Notes: a model not told the origin generated them from the sequence alone. Shown: positions 1 to 10,227, counted from the stretch's first letter. The stretch: DNA of 64,000 bases from an uncultured delta proteobacterium (GCA_963716725.1 CAVQUB010000003.1:128001-192000), one strand, 5' to 3'. Made by a program: numbers and translations.

Positions 1-739
1 GACGCGAGACGACGACGCAAACGTGCGCCGCTTGGTCTCGGAAGGCACGCGACCGCGATTGCCCTGGGGCAAGCACTTGCAGGCGTTCCGCGAGGATCCG
101 GGTCCGACGCTGGAGCTGCTCGAGCTCCTGAAGGACGACGAGTCGGAGTACGTGCGCCGCTCAGTCGGCAATCATTTGAACGACATTGGCAAAGACCACC
201 CGGACCTGCTGCTCGACGTGTGCAGGCGCTGGAACCGTGGAGCCTCGCCGGAACGGCGCTGGATCATCGAGCGCGCAACGCGATCATTGGTCAAGGCGGG
301 ACACCCTGGAGTGTTCGCGTTGCTGGGGCACACGACCGATCCGAAGGTGAGGCTCTCGGAACTGACCGTCGTGCCAAAGCGCGTGCGCCTGGGCGGCGCC
401 ATCGAGATCTCGTTCGCGCTCGGGTCGAAGGCCGCGCGCGCCCAGAATCTGGTGGTTGACTACGCGATCTTCCACCAGAAGGCCGACGGCAGCACGAAGC
501 CCAAGGTGTTCAAGCTGAAGAAGCTCACGCTCGCCGCCGGCGGCAGCGCGGAGATTGAGAAACGGCACGCCTTCCGCGCCATCTCCGCCCGCCGCTACCA
601 CGCGGGCGAGCACGCCGTGGAGATCTTGGTGAACGGAAAGGCGCTGGGGCGAGCCGGCTTCGTGCTCACTCTGCCGAGCGCGGAGGCTCGATCTCGACCT
701 GGTACTCGCGCCTCAACCCTGCGCGGGAAGCTCCGCTGA
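1..739 (+). CDS. DNA alkylation repair protein (AlkC/AlkD-like HEAT-repeat glycosylase family), 5'-truncated by window edge
   Basis: Frame is open from base 2 (TRDDDANVRRLVSEGTRPRLPWG); motifs RRLxSEGTRPRLPWG and YVRRSVGNHLNDIGKDHP; C-terminal Ig-like tail. Confidence 0.8.
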   Translation, partial: TRDDDANVRRLVSEGTRPRLPWGKHLQAFREDPGPTLELLELLKDDESEYVRRSVGNHLNDIGKDHPDLLLDVCRRWNRGASPERRWIIERATRSLVKAGHPGVFALLGHTTDPKVRLSELTVVPKRVRLGGAIEISFALGSKAARAQNLVVDYAIFHQKADGSTKPKVFKLKKLTLAAGGSAEIEKRHAFRAISARRYHAGEHAVEILVNGKALGRAGFVLTLPSAEARSRPGTRASTLRGKLR

Positions 740-1921
740 CCAGTCGGCCGGAGCGTCTTCGACGGTCAGCGCGAAAAGCGCGGTGTCGCGGATCGTCCCG
801 GGAGCCTTGGAGACCAAAGTCAGGCGCTCACGCTGGTTCCCGCGCAGCATCTCGAGGGCGCGGTGGTGGCAATAGGGGTTGTTGCCGGTCTTGCCCAGCA
901 GCGTCGAGCTGGTCCACACGCAGCCGCCCTTACAGGTCTCGGCGTAGTAGCAGGAGCGGCAGTAGCCCCAGAGATCGTCGATGGCGAACTTGCGCGTGAT
1001 GTGCAGCTCCGGAGCCGTGTCCCAGATCTCGCGGATGCTCTTGTCGCGCACGTTGCCGCCGACGTAACCCTGTGACGCCATGGCCGAGCAGCCCTTGATG
1101 TCACCGTTGGCCTCGACGCCCAAGGTCCGCACGCCACCTCCACAGCCGCTCGAGAAGCCGTGGCGCGTGCGATCGGCACGCAGCAGGTGCTCGTAGGGCC
1201 CAAAGTAGCCCACGTTGTTGCCGGGCCAGAGCTTGACGCCTCGCTCGTCGGCGCGCTGCCGCGCTGCCGCGATGCGCGGCATGACCTCCAGGATGTCGTA
1301 GGGCTGGAGCCAGAGATCGTCGGCCTCCGTCGCCCGCCCCATCGGCACCATCAGCTGCACCTGCCAGCCATAGGCGCCTCGATCCGCGATTAGATCCAGG
1401 ATGGCGTCGAGCTCGCGGTAGTTCTTGCGGTTGACCTGGGTGTTGCTGCCGACCGCGACGCCACGCTCGCCGAGCAACTCCATGGCCCGGAGCGCGGAGC
1501 GATGGCTGCCCTTCAGACCGCGCAGGTCATCGTGGGTGGCCTCGAGCCCGTCGCAAGACACGCTCACCGCGGTCACGTCGGCGTCCCGCAGCCCGTCCGC
1601 GAGTTCCGGCGTGATGCCGCGCCCGCCCGTCACCATCGTGCACTCCATGCCGCGCGCCCGGATCGCGCGCACCACGGTCAAGAAGTCGTCGCGCAGGTAG
1701 GCCTCGCCGCCGTGCACGGCGATCTCAGCGGTGCCCATGGCGTGCAGCTGCTCGATCACGTCGAGCGACTCTTCGGTCGTCAGCTCGTTGGGGTGCGCCT
1801 TGCCAGCGCGTGTGCCGCAGAAGCGGCAGTGTTGATCGCAACGCAGCGTGGTCTCCCAAACCACGAGCAGGGGGCGGTAGTCGTGGACGACTTGCAGTCG
1901 GCGAGGCTCGGCGGAAGACAC
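713..1921 (-). CDS. Radical SAM/SPASM peptide maturase (resembles GDL-peptide-associated family)
   Basis: CxxxCxxC (CDQHCRFC), PGNNVGYFGPYE, SPASM cysteines (GCGGG..GDIKGC..CRSCYYAETCKGGC..PYC). Confidence 0.85.
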   Translation of the reverse strand: MSSAEPRRLQVVHDYRPLLVVWETTLRCDQHCRFCGTRAGKAHPNELTTEESLDVIEQLHAMGTAEIAVHGGEAYLRDDFLTVVRAIRARGMECTMVTGGRGITPELADGLRDADVTAVSVSCDGLEATHDDLRGLKGSHRSALRAMELLGERGVAVGSNTQVNRKNYRELDAILDLIADRGAYGWQVQLMVPMGRATEADDLWLQPYDILEVMPRIAAARQRADERGVKLWPGNNVGYFGPYEHLLRADRTRHGFSSGCGGGVRTLGVEANGDIKGCSAMASQGYVGGNVRDKSIREIWDTAPELHITRKFAIDDLWGYCRSCYYAETCKGGCVWTSSTLLGKTGNNPYCHHRALEMLRGNQRERLTLVSKAPGTIRDTALFALTVEDAPADWSAELPAQG

Positions 1922-1976
1922 GCCGGAAGCATACTCGCGGGGCGGCGCTCAGCCCATCTCGACGGCATGACCGTCG

Positions 1977-2678
1977 TCAGATGTACTGACCAGAATCCAC
2001 GCGGATCACCTCGCCGGTGATGCAGCGTGCGGCGTCGGACAGCAGAAAAGCCACGGCGTTGGCCACATCCCGCGGCGTGGGCAGCTGAGGCAAGACCGCC
2101 TCGGCTTGGGCCTTGTCGCGGAACTCGGCGGGCAACGCCAGGGTCATCTCGGTCAGCACCATGCCCGGCGCGACGGCGTTCACCGTGACGCCCTTGGCGC
2201 CGAGCTCGCGCGCCGCCGCCTTGGTCAAGCCGATCAGGCCGGCCTTCGCCGCCGAATAGTTGGTCTGGCCGAATTTGCCGCGCAGCCCATTGATGCTCGT
2301 CAGGTTCACGATGCGGCCGTGACCCGCGGCGCGCATCCGCGGCGCCAGCGCGCGCACCATGTTGAAAGCACCCGTCAGGTTCACGTCCAAGACAGACTGC
2401 CATTCGTCGTCACTCATCTTGCCGAGGCTCTTGTCGCGGGTGATGCCGGCGTTGTTCACCAGCAACGTGGTGGTGTCGGGCAAGCCCTCGATGGCCGCCG
2501 CGACGGACGCCGCCTGCGCCACGTTCACCTTGCGGAACTCGGCGCCCGCCAGCGCTTCGCCAGGCTCGAGGTCGAAGACAAACACGCGAGCGCCCTGCTC
2601 GAGCAGAAGTTCGGCGATGCTGCGACCAATCCCCCGCGCTGCGCCCGTGACCACCGCTGAACGGCCCGACATCGTCAT
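1977..2678 (-). CDS. SDR oxidoreductase, 3-oxoacyl-ACP/acetoacetyl-CoA reductase (FabG/PhaB-like)
   Basis: TGAARGIG, NNAGITRD, YSAAK; start placed at MTMSGR rather than the longer ORF. Confidence 0.88.
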   Translation of the reverse strand: MTMSGRSAVVTGAARGIGRSIAELLLEQGARVFVFDLEPGEALAGAEFRKVNVAQAASVAAAIEGLPDTTTLLVNNAGITRDKSLGKMSDDEWQSVLDVNLTGAFNMVRALAPRMRAAGHGRIVNLTSINGLRGKFGQTNYSAAKAGLIGLTKAAARELGAKGVTVNAVAPGMVLTEMTLALPAEFRDKAQAEAVLPQLPTPRDVANAVAFLLSDAARCITGEVIRVDSGQYI

Positions 2679-2715
2679 GCCCCGCACATGCCGCGGCGGA
2701 CGCGGGAAGTCCACC

Positions 2716-3019
2716 CTAGCGCGGCAGCGGACGCAGGTAGCTCGGCCGCGCCGGCTCCCAGCGACCGCGCACCCAAACGTAGCGCACACCATCCCAGTGC
2801 CAGTAGCCGCGCACCCAGACCCAGTTCGATCCGAGGGGGGCCTCGGGGGTGGGAATCGGGTCGCGCCTTGGGCGCGCCGCTGGTGAGCTGCCCAGCGTGA
2901 GGCTCGTCAGCGGGCGGCGGCGGCGTCTCCCGCGCCGCCTCGCTGTTCGTGGCGCGGCGCTCGACCCCGGTCACGCACCCGCTGAGGCCGACTGCCACGA
3001 CGAACGAAAACAGGCGCAC
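2716..3019 (-). pseudogene. Small lipoprotein with YXWGXW/WXXGXW repeats, split by a frameshift (possibly an assembly error)
   Basis: Lipobox (VGLSGC) in one frame; WVWVRGYWHWDGVRYVWVRGRWE...* in an adjacent frame; switch falls in G/C homopolymer runs near 2835-2855. Confidence 0.6.
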
Positions 3020-3074
3020 CCCTCCAGGGTAGTGCATCCTCGACGGCGGCCGAAGTCTGTTACGCTCCGCCGCC

Positions 3075-4208
3075 ATGACCGCGTCGCTCTCGGATGCGCT
3101 CGATCGCCTCCCGGCGGATATTCAGGAGCGCCTGCAACGATACGCCTTCGACCGCCCGCGCTTCTTGGGCCTGGCCCAGCGAGTCGCGGGCGGATCCGCG
3201 GACCAAAACCGCGTCCACGGGCAGGTGGATCCACCATCACCGGGCGACGTGCTCGATCTTCCGCCCGCGGGCTCGGCGGATCGAAAGCGCCTCGAGCAGA
3301 TCGGGCTCGAGGCCTTGGCGCAAGGGCAGTGCGCGCTGGTGGTGCTCGCTGGCGGCATGGCGACGCGCATGGGAGGCGTGGTCAAGGCCTTGGTAGAGGC
3401 GGTGCCGGGACACTCGTTCCTCGACCTCCGGCTCGCGGAGCTCGCGCACATCGAGCGGCTGACAGGACGCGCGCCGCCCTTCTGGTTGATGACCAGCGAC
3501 GGCACCGAAGCGCCAACTCGGGCCGCGCTCGGCGCCCGGCTCGACACGGGTCAGATCGCCACCTTCACTCAGCACCTGTCGCTGCGCCTGGAGCCCGACG
3601 GCAACTTGTTCCTTGATCCCGCCGGCAGGCCCAGCCTGCACTCATCCGGGCACGGTGACCTGCCCGACGCGCTACGCGCGAGCGGGCTGATCGGCCGCTT
3701 CGTCGAGAGCGGCGGCCGAGTCGTCACCATGGCGAACATCGACAACCTCGGCGGCACCCTCGATCCGGTGCTGATCGGCTGGCACCTGGATCACGGAAAG
3801 CCCGTGAGCTGCGAGGTCGTGGACAAAGAGCCGAGCGATCGCGGAGGCATCCCCGTGCGTTGGAACGGCCGAGCGGTGGTGCTCGAGGAGTTCCGCCTTC
3901 CCGAGGGCTTCGATCCGACCACGGTCCCGGTCTTCAACACCAACACCTTCCACTTTTCGGCCCGGGCGCTCCTCGAGCTGGCGATGGATTGGACCTTCTT
4001 CGTCGCGCACAAGAAGGTCGACGCTTCCCCCGTGATCCAGTTCGAGCGCCTGATCGGTGAGGTCACCAGTCACCTCGATACGCGCTTCGTGCGCCTCCCG
4101 CGCGACGGCGCGAACTCTCGTTTCTTGCCAGTCAAAGACAACGACGAGCTCGCTCGTCAACGCTCGGCCATCGAGTTGGTGGCCCGGGCGCGAGGAATGC
4201 TCCCATGA
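3075..4208 (+). CDS. UTP--glucose-1-phosphate uridylyltransferase (UDPGP, eukaryote-type family)
   Basis: LAGGMATRMG..K, SGHGD, NIDNLG, FNTN, RFLPVK. Confidence 0.85.
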   Translation: MTASLSDALDRLPADIQERLQRYAFDRPRFLGLAQRVAGGSADQNRVHGQVDPPSPGDVLDLPPAGSADRKRLEQIGLEALAQGQCALVVLAGGMATRMGGVVKALVEAVPGHSFLDLRLAELAHIERLTGRAPPFWLMTSDGTEAPTRAALGARLDTGQIATFTQHLSLRLEPDGNLFLDPAGRPSLHSSGHGDLPDALRASGLIGRFVESGGRVVTMANIDNLGGTLDPVLIGWHLDHGKPVSCEVVDKEPSDRGGIPVRWNGRAVVLEEFRLPEGFDPTTVPVFNTNTFHFSARALLELAMDWTFFVAHKKVDASPVIQFERLIGEVTSHLDTRFVRLPRDGANSRFLPVKDNDELARQRSAIELVARARGMLP

Positions 4209-6712
4209 GGCTTCGTCCGTTTGGAATACTCAGCTGCCTTTCGCTGGTGTTGGCTGCCGCCGCCGCGCCCGCCCAGGACGTCGTTCAGCGCCCGACTCCC
4301 TTGCCGGCCCTCGGGCGCAGCGTGGCGGGTACCGACGACACGACAGCCTTGGTGCAAAACCCGGCGAACCTCGCGTTTCTGCCGGGCTCCGAGTTTCGGT
4401 GGAGCTCGATCTACCTGGACGAGTCCAACCAGGTGCCGTGGCAAGGCCACGCCTTCGCGCTGGGGTTCCCGCTTCCCTACGTGCCCGTCGCCACGGGCAT
4501 CCGGCTCGATCTCGTCGATCCGCCCTACTCGGCCATCTCGGGACCCTTTGGGCAGTTCAACTACCAGTGGCTGACCTGGGGCGTCGCCGCGGGCTCGGAC
4601 TTCTCGTCGCTCGGGCTCTCACTCCAACGAACCTACTCGGACGCCGCGGTCATGGACGGCCTCTCTTCGTTCACCATCGGCTACAGCGCGCGACCCTTCG
4701 ACCACCTGGCGATGTCGCTGGTCGCCCACGACATCAACAGCCCGACGAACTCCCTCGGTTTCGGCCTCGAGCGGTCCTACGACATCGCGCTCGCGATCCG
4801 CCCCACCGGCTCCCGCGCCCTCGAGGTCGGCCTCGAAGGCAAGTACGTCGATGTTCGCCAGGGGTACTGGACGCCGCGAGCGACACTCGGCATCGACGTG
4901 CCCTATTTGGGGCGCCTTCGTGGCGACTTCTCCATGAGTCGGCCCGAAGAATCTCACCGGCGCGCGTGGCTCGCGTCCGCGAACATGGCCTTCAACGTGA
5001 GCGGAGCTGGGGGCAGCGCCGAGTTTGCCGGTGGCAGCGTGACCGGCACAGGCCTCGGCGAGAAGGGCTCCTACGGCGCCCAGGTCGAGGTCGCGTTCCG
5101 TGGCTTCCGCGAGACCTCGGGCATGGAAGCCCCGCGCTACTCGGTGCGCCTTCGCCTGGAAGAGACGCCCGGGACCCGAGGCCACGTCGCGCTCTTGAAG
5201 CAACTCTGGAGCCTCGCCGAAGAAGACAAGGTCGATGCAGTGGTGCTCGAGCTCCGCAGCTCTCCCGCATCCTCCATGGCCCACGTGCAAGAGCTCCGAG
5301 ACGCCGTGCAGCTCCTGCGCGCGAACGGCAAACGCGTGCTGTGTCACCTCGAAGACGCGGGCGGCTCCGAGCTGTACCTGTGCGCGGCCGCCAACAAGAC
5401 CCTGATGAACCCGGCCGGCGGCTTGCGCTTCGCGGGCCTGAAGTCCCAGGCAATGTACTTTGCGTCGCTGCTCGGCAAGCTGGGCATCCGGGCCGATTTC
5501 GTGCGCATCGGGCAGCACAAGAGCGCCCCCGAGCGGCTCACCCGCGACTCGGCCACCGAGGTCTCGCGAGCAGACAAGATCGATCTCTTGCAGCAGCACG
5601 AACGGCAGCTCGTCGAGGGCGTCTCGCAGGGACGGCGCATCGCCGTGGCTGATCTGCGCAAGCGCATCGCCGGGGGTCCGTACATCGCATCCGAGGCCTA
5701 TACCCACGGCTTGATCGACGGTTATGCCTTCGACGACGAGGTCGGCAGCGCCGTGGACAAGCTCGTGGGGCGCCCGACTGTCCTGATCGACGACGAACGC
5801 GCACCGAGGGCGCCAGCTCGCTTCGGCGTGGGCCGGCGCGTCGCCCTCGTCTACGTCGACGGCGACATGGTCGACGGCAAGAGCAAGACCGTCCCGCTCG
5901 TCGGCATGAAGCTCGCCGGCTCGTACACCATCGCCAAGACCCTGAAAGAGTCACGCGAGAACCCGATGATCGGCGCGGTGGTGCTGCGCATCGAGTCGCC
6001 CGGCGGCTCGGCCATGGCCAGCGACGTGATTTGGCGCGAAGTTCAGCTCACCGCCAAGGTCAAACCGGTGGTCGTCAGCATGGGCGCTTCGGCCGCCAGC
6101 GGCGGCTACTACATCGCTTCGCCCGCGACGCGAATCTTCGCCAACCCGCTCAGCATCACGGGCAGCATCGGCATCTTCTACGGCAAGGCCGACGTGGCCG
6201 AGCTCTTGAAGAAGATCGGCGTCAGCGTCGAGACCTACAAGACGGCTCCGCGCGCCGACGTCGAGAGCATCTACCGCCCCTTCACCGACAGCGAGAAGGC
6301 CGAGCTCCAGAAGAAGGTCGGGCAGTTCTACGACGTGTTTCTGACCCGCGTCTCTCAAGGCCGAAAGCTCGCCAAGCAGGACGTCGACAAGGTGGGTCAA
6401 GGGCGCGTCTGGACCGGTGAGCAGGCGCTGAACCGAAAGCTGGTGGACGAGCTCGGCGGCCTGCGCCAAGCGCTGGCCCACGCGCGAAAGCTCGCCGGTC
6501 TGCCCGACCACGCGCAAATCCTCGAGCTTCCGCCGCCGGACCAGTCGCTGGTGGGCAAGCTGCTCGGGCTCGAGGGCGTGGGCGCCCGCGCCGGCGCCGA
6601 AGCCATCTTGCCAGGAGAGATCGTGGATCTCGCGCGGGCCCTTGCGCCCTTCACGGTGCACGCGCCGGACAAGCCCCTCGCACGCATGGAGTTCTTGCCG
6701 GTGAAGCCGTGA
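4205..6712 (+). CDS. sppA: Signal peptide peptidase SppA (S49) with N-terminal beta-barrel-like extension
   Basis: RIESPGGSA, SMGASAASGGYY, TGSIG, GRVWTG, HKSA; N-terminal NPANLA motif and alternating beta-strand pattern. Confidence 0.9.
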   Translation: MRLRPFGILSCLSLVLAAAAAPAQDVVQRPTPLPALGRSVAGTDDTTALVQNPANLAFLPGSEFRWSSIYLDESNQVPWQGHAFALGFPLPYVPVATGIRLDLVDPPYSAISGPFGQFNYQWLTWGVAAGSDFSSLGLSLQRTYSDAAVMDGLSSFTIGYSARPFDHLAMSLVAHDINSPTNSLGFGLERSYDIALAIRPTGSRALEVGLEGKYVDVRQGYWTPRATLGIDVPYLGRLRGDFSMSRPEESHRRAWLASANMAFNVSGAGGSAEFAGGSVTGTGLGEKGSYGAQVEVAFRGFRETSGMEAPRYSVRLRLEETPGTRGHVALLKQLWSLAEEDKVDAVVLELRSSPASSMAHVQELRDAVQLLRANGKRVLCHLEDAGGSELYLCAAANKTLMNPAGGLRFAGLKSQAMYFASLLGKLGIRADFVRIGQHKSAPERLTRDSATEVSRADKIDLLQQHERQLVEGVSQGRRIAVADLRKRIAGGPYIASEAYTHGLIDGYAFDDEVGSAVDKLVGRPTVLIDDERAPRAPARFGVGRRVALVYVDGDMVDGKSKTVPLVGMKLAGSYTIAKTLKESRENPMIGAVVLRIESPGGSAMASDVIWREVQLTAKVKPVVVSMGASAASGGYYIASPATRIFANPLSITGSIGIFYGKADVAELLKKIGVSVETYKTAPRADVESIYRPFTDSEKAELQKKVGQFYDVFLTRVSQGRKLAKQDVDKVGQGRVWTGEQALNRKLVDELGGLRQALAHARKLAGLPDHAQILELPPPDQSLVGKLLGLEGVGARAGAEAILPGEIVDLARALAPFTVHAPDKPLARMEFLPVKP

Positions 6713-7644
6713 CCGCGCTGCTCGAGATCGCCGCCGCGCGCATCGATCAAGATGGCGTTCCCTTGATCGAGGGCCTGTCGCTCACCGCGATGGGCTCGAC
6801 GCTGGGGCTGGTCGGAGATTTCCACGGGCTCTTCTCGCTCTTGGGCGGCACCGCGGATCTGGTCACCGGTCAGGTGTCGGTGTTGGGACACGAAGCGGAG
6901 CGCGCGGTCGCTGCGGGCGTCGTCGGGGTGGCCCGCGCCGAGTTCGCGCTGCCCGAGACGTGGAACCTCGACCGGTATTTGATCGAAGGCGCACGCCTCG
7001 GCGGCGTGAGTCGACGCGAGGCGTCCCAGGCGGTGGGCGCGCTGCTCGGGCGGCTCGCTCTGACTCACCTCGCGACGCGTCGCCTGAGCACGTTGACGCT
7101 CGGGGAGCAGCGCAGCGTGGGCATCGCGCTCGCGCTCCTCGACTCCCCCGCGGTCTTGGCGGTCGAAGATCCCACGCTGAGCCTCGACGATCGCGGCGTG
7201 GAGCTCATTTGCGGCGTCATCGGACGCGCGCGCGAAGGACGCCACCTGCTGGTTTCGTCCAGGGCTTTGCCACGATCGGGCCCCGAGCATGCGCTCTTCG
7301 AGGGCGCGGACGAGGTGATCGTGCTGACGGCCGGCGCCCTGGTGGGGCGAGGTCCGCTCTCTTTCTTCGAAGCGCCAGGCCATCGCTATCTGGTATCGGT
7401 GCTGCGCGGCGGTGGGCCGCTGGTAGAACGCCTGGAGAGCGCCGGACTCGAGGTGGCCATCGCGAACCCCAACGGCCAGTTCGTTCCCGTCACTGGCGGC
7501 GCCGGGAGCGACACCGCCGAAGCCGCGCGCCTCGTCGTCAGCGTGCCGGAGGCCGGCACCACGGACGCCATCGTCGAAGCAGCGCTGGAGGTCGGGGCGC
7601 CCATCGTCGAGCTCTTGCCCTTGCCCTCGCTGCGCTCTGCTTGA
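6709..7644 (+). CDS. Degenerate ABC ATPase-like protein
   Basis: Signature-like LTLGEQRSVGIALAL and Walker-B-like LAVEDPT; no Walker A. Confidence 0.6.
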   Translation: MTALLEIAAARIDQDGVPLIEGLSLTAMGSTLGLVGDFHGLFSLLGGTADLVTGQVSVLGHEAERAVAAGVVGVARAEFALPETWNLDRYLIEGARLGGVSRREASQAVGALLGRLALTHLATRRLSTLTLGEQRSVGIALALLDSPAVLAVEDPTLSLDDRGVELICGVIGRAREGRHLLVSSRALPRSGPEHALFEGADEVIVLTAGALVGRGPLSFFEAPGHRYLVSVLRGGGPLVERLESAGLEVAIANPNGQFVPVTGGAGSDTAEAARLVVSVPEAGTTDAIVEAALEVGAPIVELLPLPSLRSA

Positions 7645-7680
7645 CGCTGACGGCTCGTCCGCTTCATCGTACGCGCCTGC

Positions 7681-8770
7681 ATGACCAAGGAACGCGCCGC
7701 CCTCACCCGCGCTCGGCGCGTGGTCGTGAAGATCGGATCCCGGGCCCTGGCCGCCGACAAGGACGCGCCGCGGGCCCTCGCCGCCGAGATTGCCGACCTG
7801 CGCGCCACGGATCGCGCGGTGCTCTTGGTGTCGAGCGGCGCTATCGCCATCGGCTGCAAGCGCCTCGGCTATCGCACGCGTCCGCGCGAGATGGCCAAGC
7901 TGCAGGCGGCCGCCGCCGCCGGGCAGAGCGTGCTCATGCGCAGCTACGACGAGGCTTTTGGTGAGCGCGGGCTGACGGTGGCCCAGGTGCTGCTGACGCA
8001 CGCAGATCTGTCCGATCGCGTGCGCTTGAACAACGCTCGGGATGCCCTCGCCGCGCTCTTGGACGCCGGCGCCATCCCCATCATCAACGAGAACGATACG
8101 GTCGCGACCGACGAGATCCGCTTCGGCGACAACGACCAGCTCGCGTCGATGGTCGTGCCCTTGGTCGGCGCCGATCTGCTCGTGCTCCTGACCGACGTGG
8201 AAGGCGTGCTCGATCCCCGAGGCCGGCGCATCTCGACGCTGACGGCGGAGTCGTCCATCGGGAGCGTCTCGAGCTCAGGCGAACCGGTCGGCGCAGGCGG
8301 CATGGCCAGCAAGCTGGACGCCGCTGACAAGGCGCGCCGGTCCGGGGCCTCGGTGGTCATCGCCTCAGCCAAGCACCCGCGCGTGCTCGACGAGATCCTG
8401 CGCGGCAAAGACGTCGGCACCCTCTTCCCCTGCATCGGAGAGCCGCTCCGGGCGCGCAAGCACTGGATCTTCTACACACTCCGCCCCCGCGGGACGCTGA
8501 TCTTGGACGACGGCGCGGTGCGAGCCCTGGCCGGGGGCAGGAGCAGCCTGCTGCCGGTGGGCGTGTTGGGAGTGCGGGGTGATTTCCATCCCGGCGACGC
8601 GGTCCGCCTGGTGGACACGCAAGGTGCCGAGGTAGGTAGAGGTCTCACGCGGCTCGGGTCCCCAGGAAATGACGCGCGCCGCCGGCTTGAAGGGCAAGGA
8701 CCTGGAGCTGGCGGCGGGTGCGGGCGACCTGGTGGTCGTGCACAAGGACGACCTGGTGATCGCGCGCTGA
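7681..8770 (+). CDS. proB: Glutamate 5-kinase with PUA domain; +1 frameshift at about 8660
   Basis: VVKIGS, INENDTV, FGDNDQLA, GGMASKL; deleting one C in the 8660-8663 run restores ...VVHKDDLVIAR* ending at 8770. Confidence 0.92.
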
Positions 8771-8869
8771 AGAACGCTTTGGGCGACCCAAGACGTATGA
8801 GTCTCGATGGGTCAGAATGCGAGCGGGAACTTTCGGGAGAGCCCGTTGTCGGCAACGGATTCAGGGTCG

Positions 8870-9388
8870 ATGCATCACGTTCGTTGGACCGCTCTTGCTC
8901 TGGTCGGCCTTGGCGGGCTGTGGGCGGCGGTATCTTCACCGGTCCCGGCGGCCCCTGCCCTGGTCGGTCGACAGCTCGGCCCAGAGGTCGTAGCGCTCGA
9001 GGCCGAGGTGAGCGCTCGACCCGAGAACGCCTCCGCGCTCGCGGATCTCGTGGATCACTACCTGGATCGGGGAGCACCTGGAGCGGCGTTTGCGGCGCTG
9101 AGCCGCGCCCCCGCCTCGGTGAGGGACCTCCCGAGCATCGCCGATGGCCGCGCCCGTACCCTGTGGCAGCTCGGATCCGCGGAGGCCGCACTCGACGCGC
9201 AGCGACGGATGCTGGACACCTGCACCGTGGTGACCTGTTCGACGGTGCTGCTCGCGCGCGCCCAGCGACGCGAACGGTTGTTCTCCGAGCTGGTTCGTCA
9301 GGGCATCGACGATCCGAAAGACGACCCGGCCCGCACTCGGCACGCCTATCGAATATCGATGCGTGAGGTCACCTTGGACCTCCGATGA
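8870..9388 (+). CDS. Hypothetical exported TPR-like protein
   Basis: Hydrophobic N-terminus and helical repeat pattern; overlaps next start (ATGA); alternative start at 8807. Confidence 0.6.
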   Translation: MHHVRWTALALVGLGGLWAAVSSPVPAAPALVGRQLGPEVVALEAEVSARPENASALADLVDHYLDRGAPGAAFAALSRAPASVRDLPSIADGRARTLWQLGSAEAALDAQRRMLDTCTVVTCSTVLLARAQRRERLFSELVRQGIDDPKDDPARTRHAYRISMREVTLDLR

Positions 9389-10227
9389 TCAAGAGCGTCG
9401 CCATCACCGCCGCCGTCCTCGCCTTCACCGCTGCGGGCTGCGCGAATATGCGCTCGTTCCGCGTGAAGCCGGATCAGACGCCCCGACCCGCCGCGGGCCC
9501 CGATGACGACGCTCGCCTCGAGCCCCCGGAGCTGCCCTTCGCGTTGGCGCGCGATGACGACTTCGTGGTCCGGGTGGTGGTCGCGAGCACCAGCTGTTCG
9601 GGGACGCTGATCGACGAAGACCAGGTCCTCACCGCCCACCACTGCGTGGCGCAGCGCGACAAGTACGGCGATTTCACCGACAAGAACGCGCGTCCGCGGG
9701 ACATCAGGGTGGAGCTCGGCGGCGACGATCTGCCCTGGGGCGAGGTCGGCGTGCGGGCCGTGGTGACTCCGCCTTGTGGCCACGCTGCGGGCGAGGGCGA
9801 CATCGCCGTCCTGATCCTGGAGCGAAAGCTGATCGGCGTTGCCACCGTGAAGCCTCGCCTCGACGCGAGCCCCGCGCTGGGTGAGCACGTGAAGCCCGTC
9901 GGGTTCGGGCGCTGCGCTTTGTCGACGGAGGCCATCTCGCGCCGACACCGTTCAGGCGGGCGAATCGACCGCCTACTCGATTCGCGCTTCCGGCTCGATG
10001 CCAGCATTTGTCCCGGCGACTCGGGGGGCCCGATCCTCGCGGAGGGCTCCGGAGAGGTCGTGGGGGTGATTTCCGCGGCGGTGATCGATGGCAGCGAGGC
10101 CACGCGGGGGCGAGCCGAGTTCACGCGACTCGACCGCTGGCGATCGGTCTTTGCTTCAGCAAAGGCCATCGCGGACGGGCAGAGCGCCTCGGAGCTGCCC
10201 CCCATCGGCGGTTGTCCCCCGGGCTGA
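9385..10227 (+). CDS. Trypsin-like (S1) serine protease lipoprotein
   Basis: Lipobox AAGC; LTAHHC, GDIAVL, GDSGGP catalytic triad. Confidence 0.9.
   Translation: MIKSVAITAAVLAFTAAGCANMRSFRVKPDQTPRPAAGPDDDARLEPPELPFALARDDDFVVRVVVASTSCSGTLIDEDQVLTAHHCVAQRDKYGDFTDKNARPRDIRVELGGDDLPWGEVGVRAVVTPPCGHAAGEGDIAVLILERKLIGVATVKPRLDASPALGEHVKPVGFGRCALSTEAISRRHRSGGRIDRLLDSRFRLDASICPGDSGGPILAEGSGEVVGVISAAVIDGSEATRGRAEFTRLDRWRSVFASAKAIADGQSASELPPIGGCPPG

Noticed and set aside
7681..9366. 561-aa ProB with a long C-terminal extension
   Set aside because: Read-through caused by the frameshift at about 8660; it overlaps a better ORF at 8870-9388.
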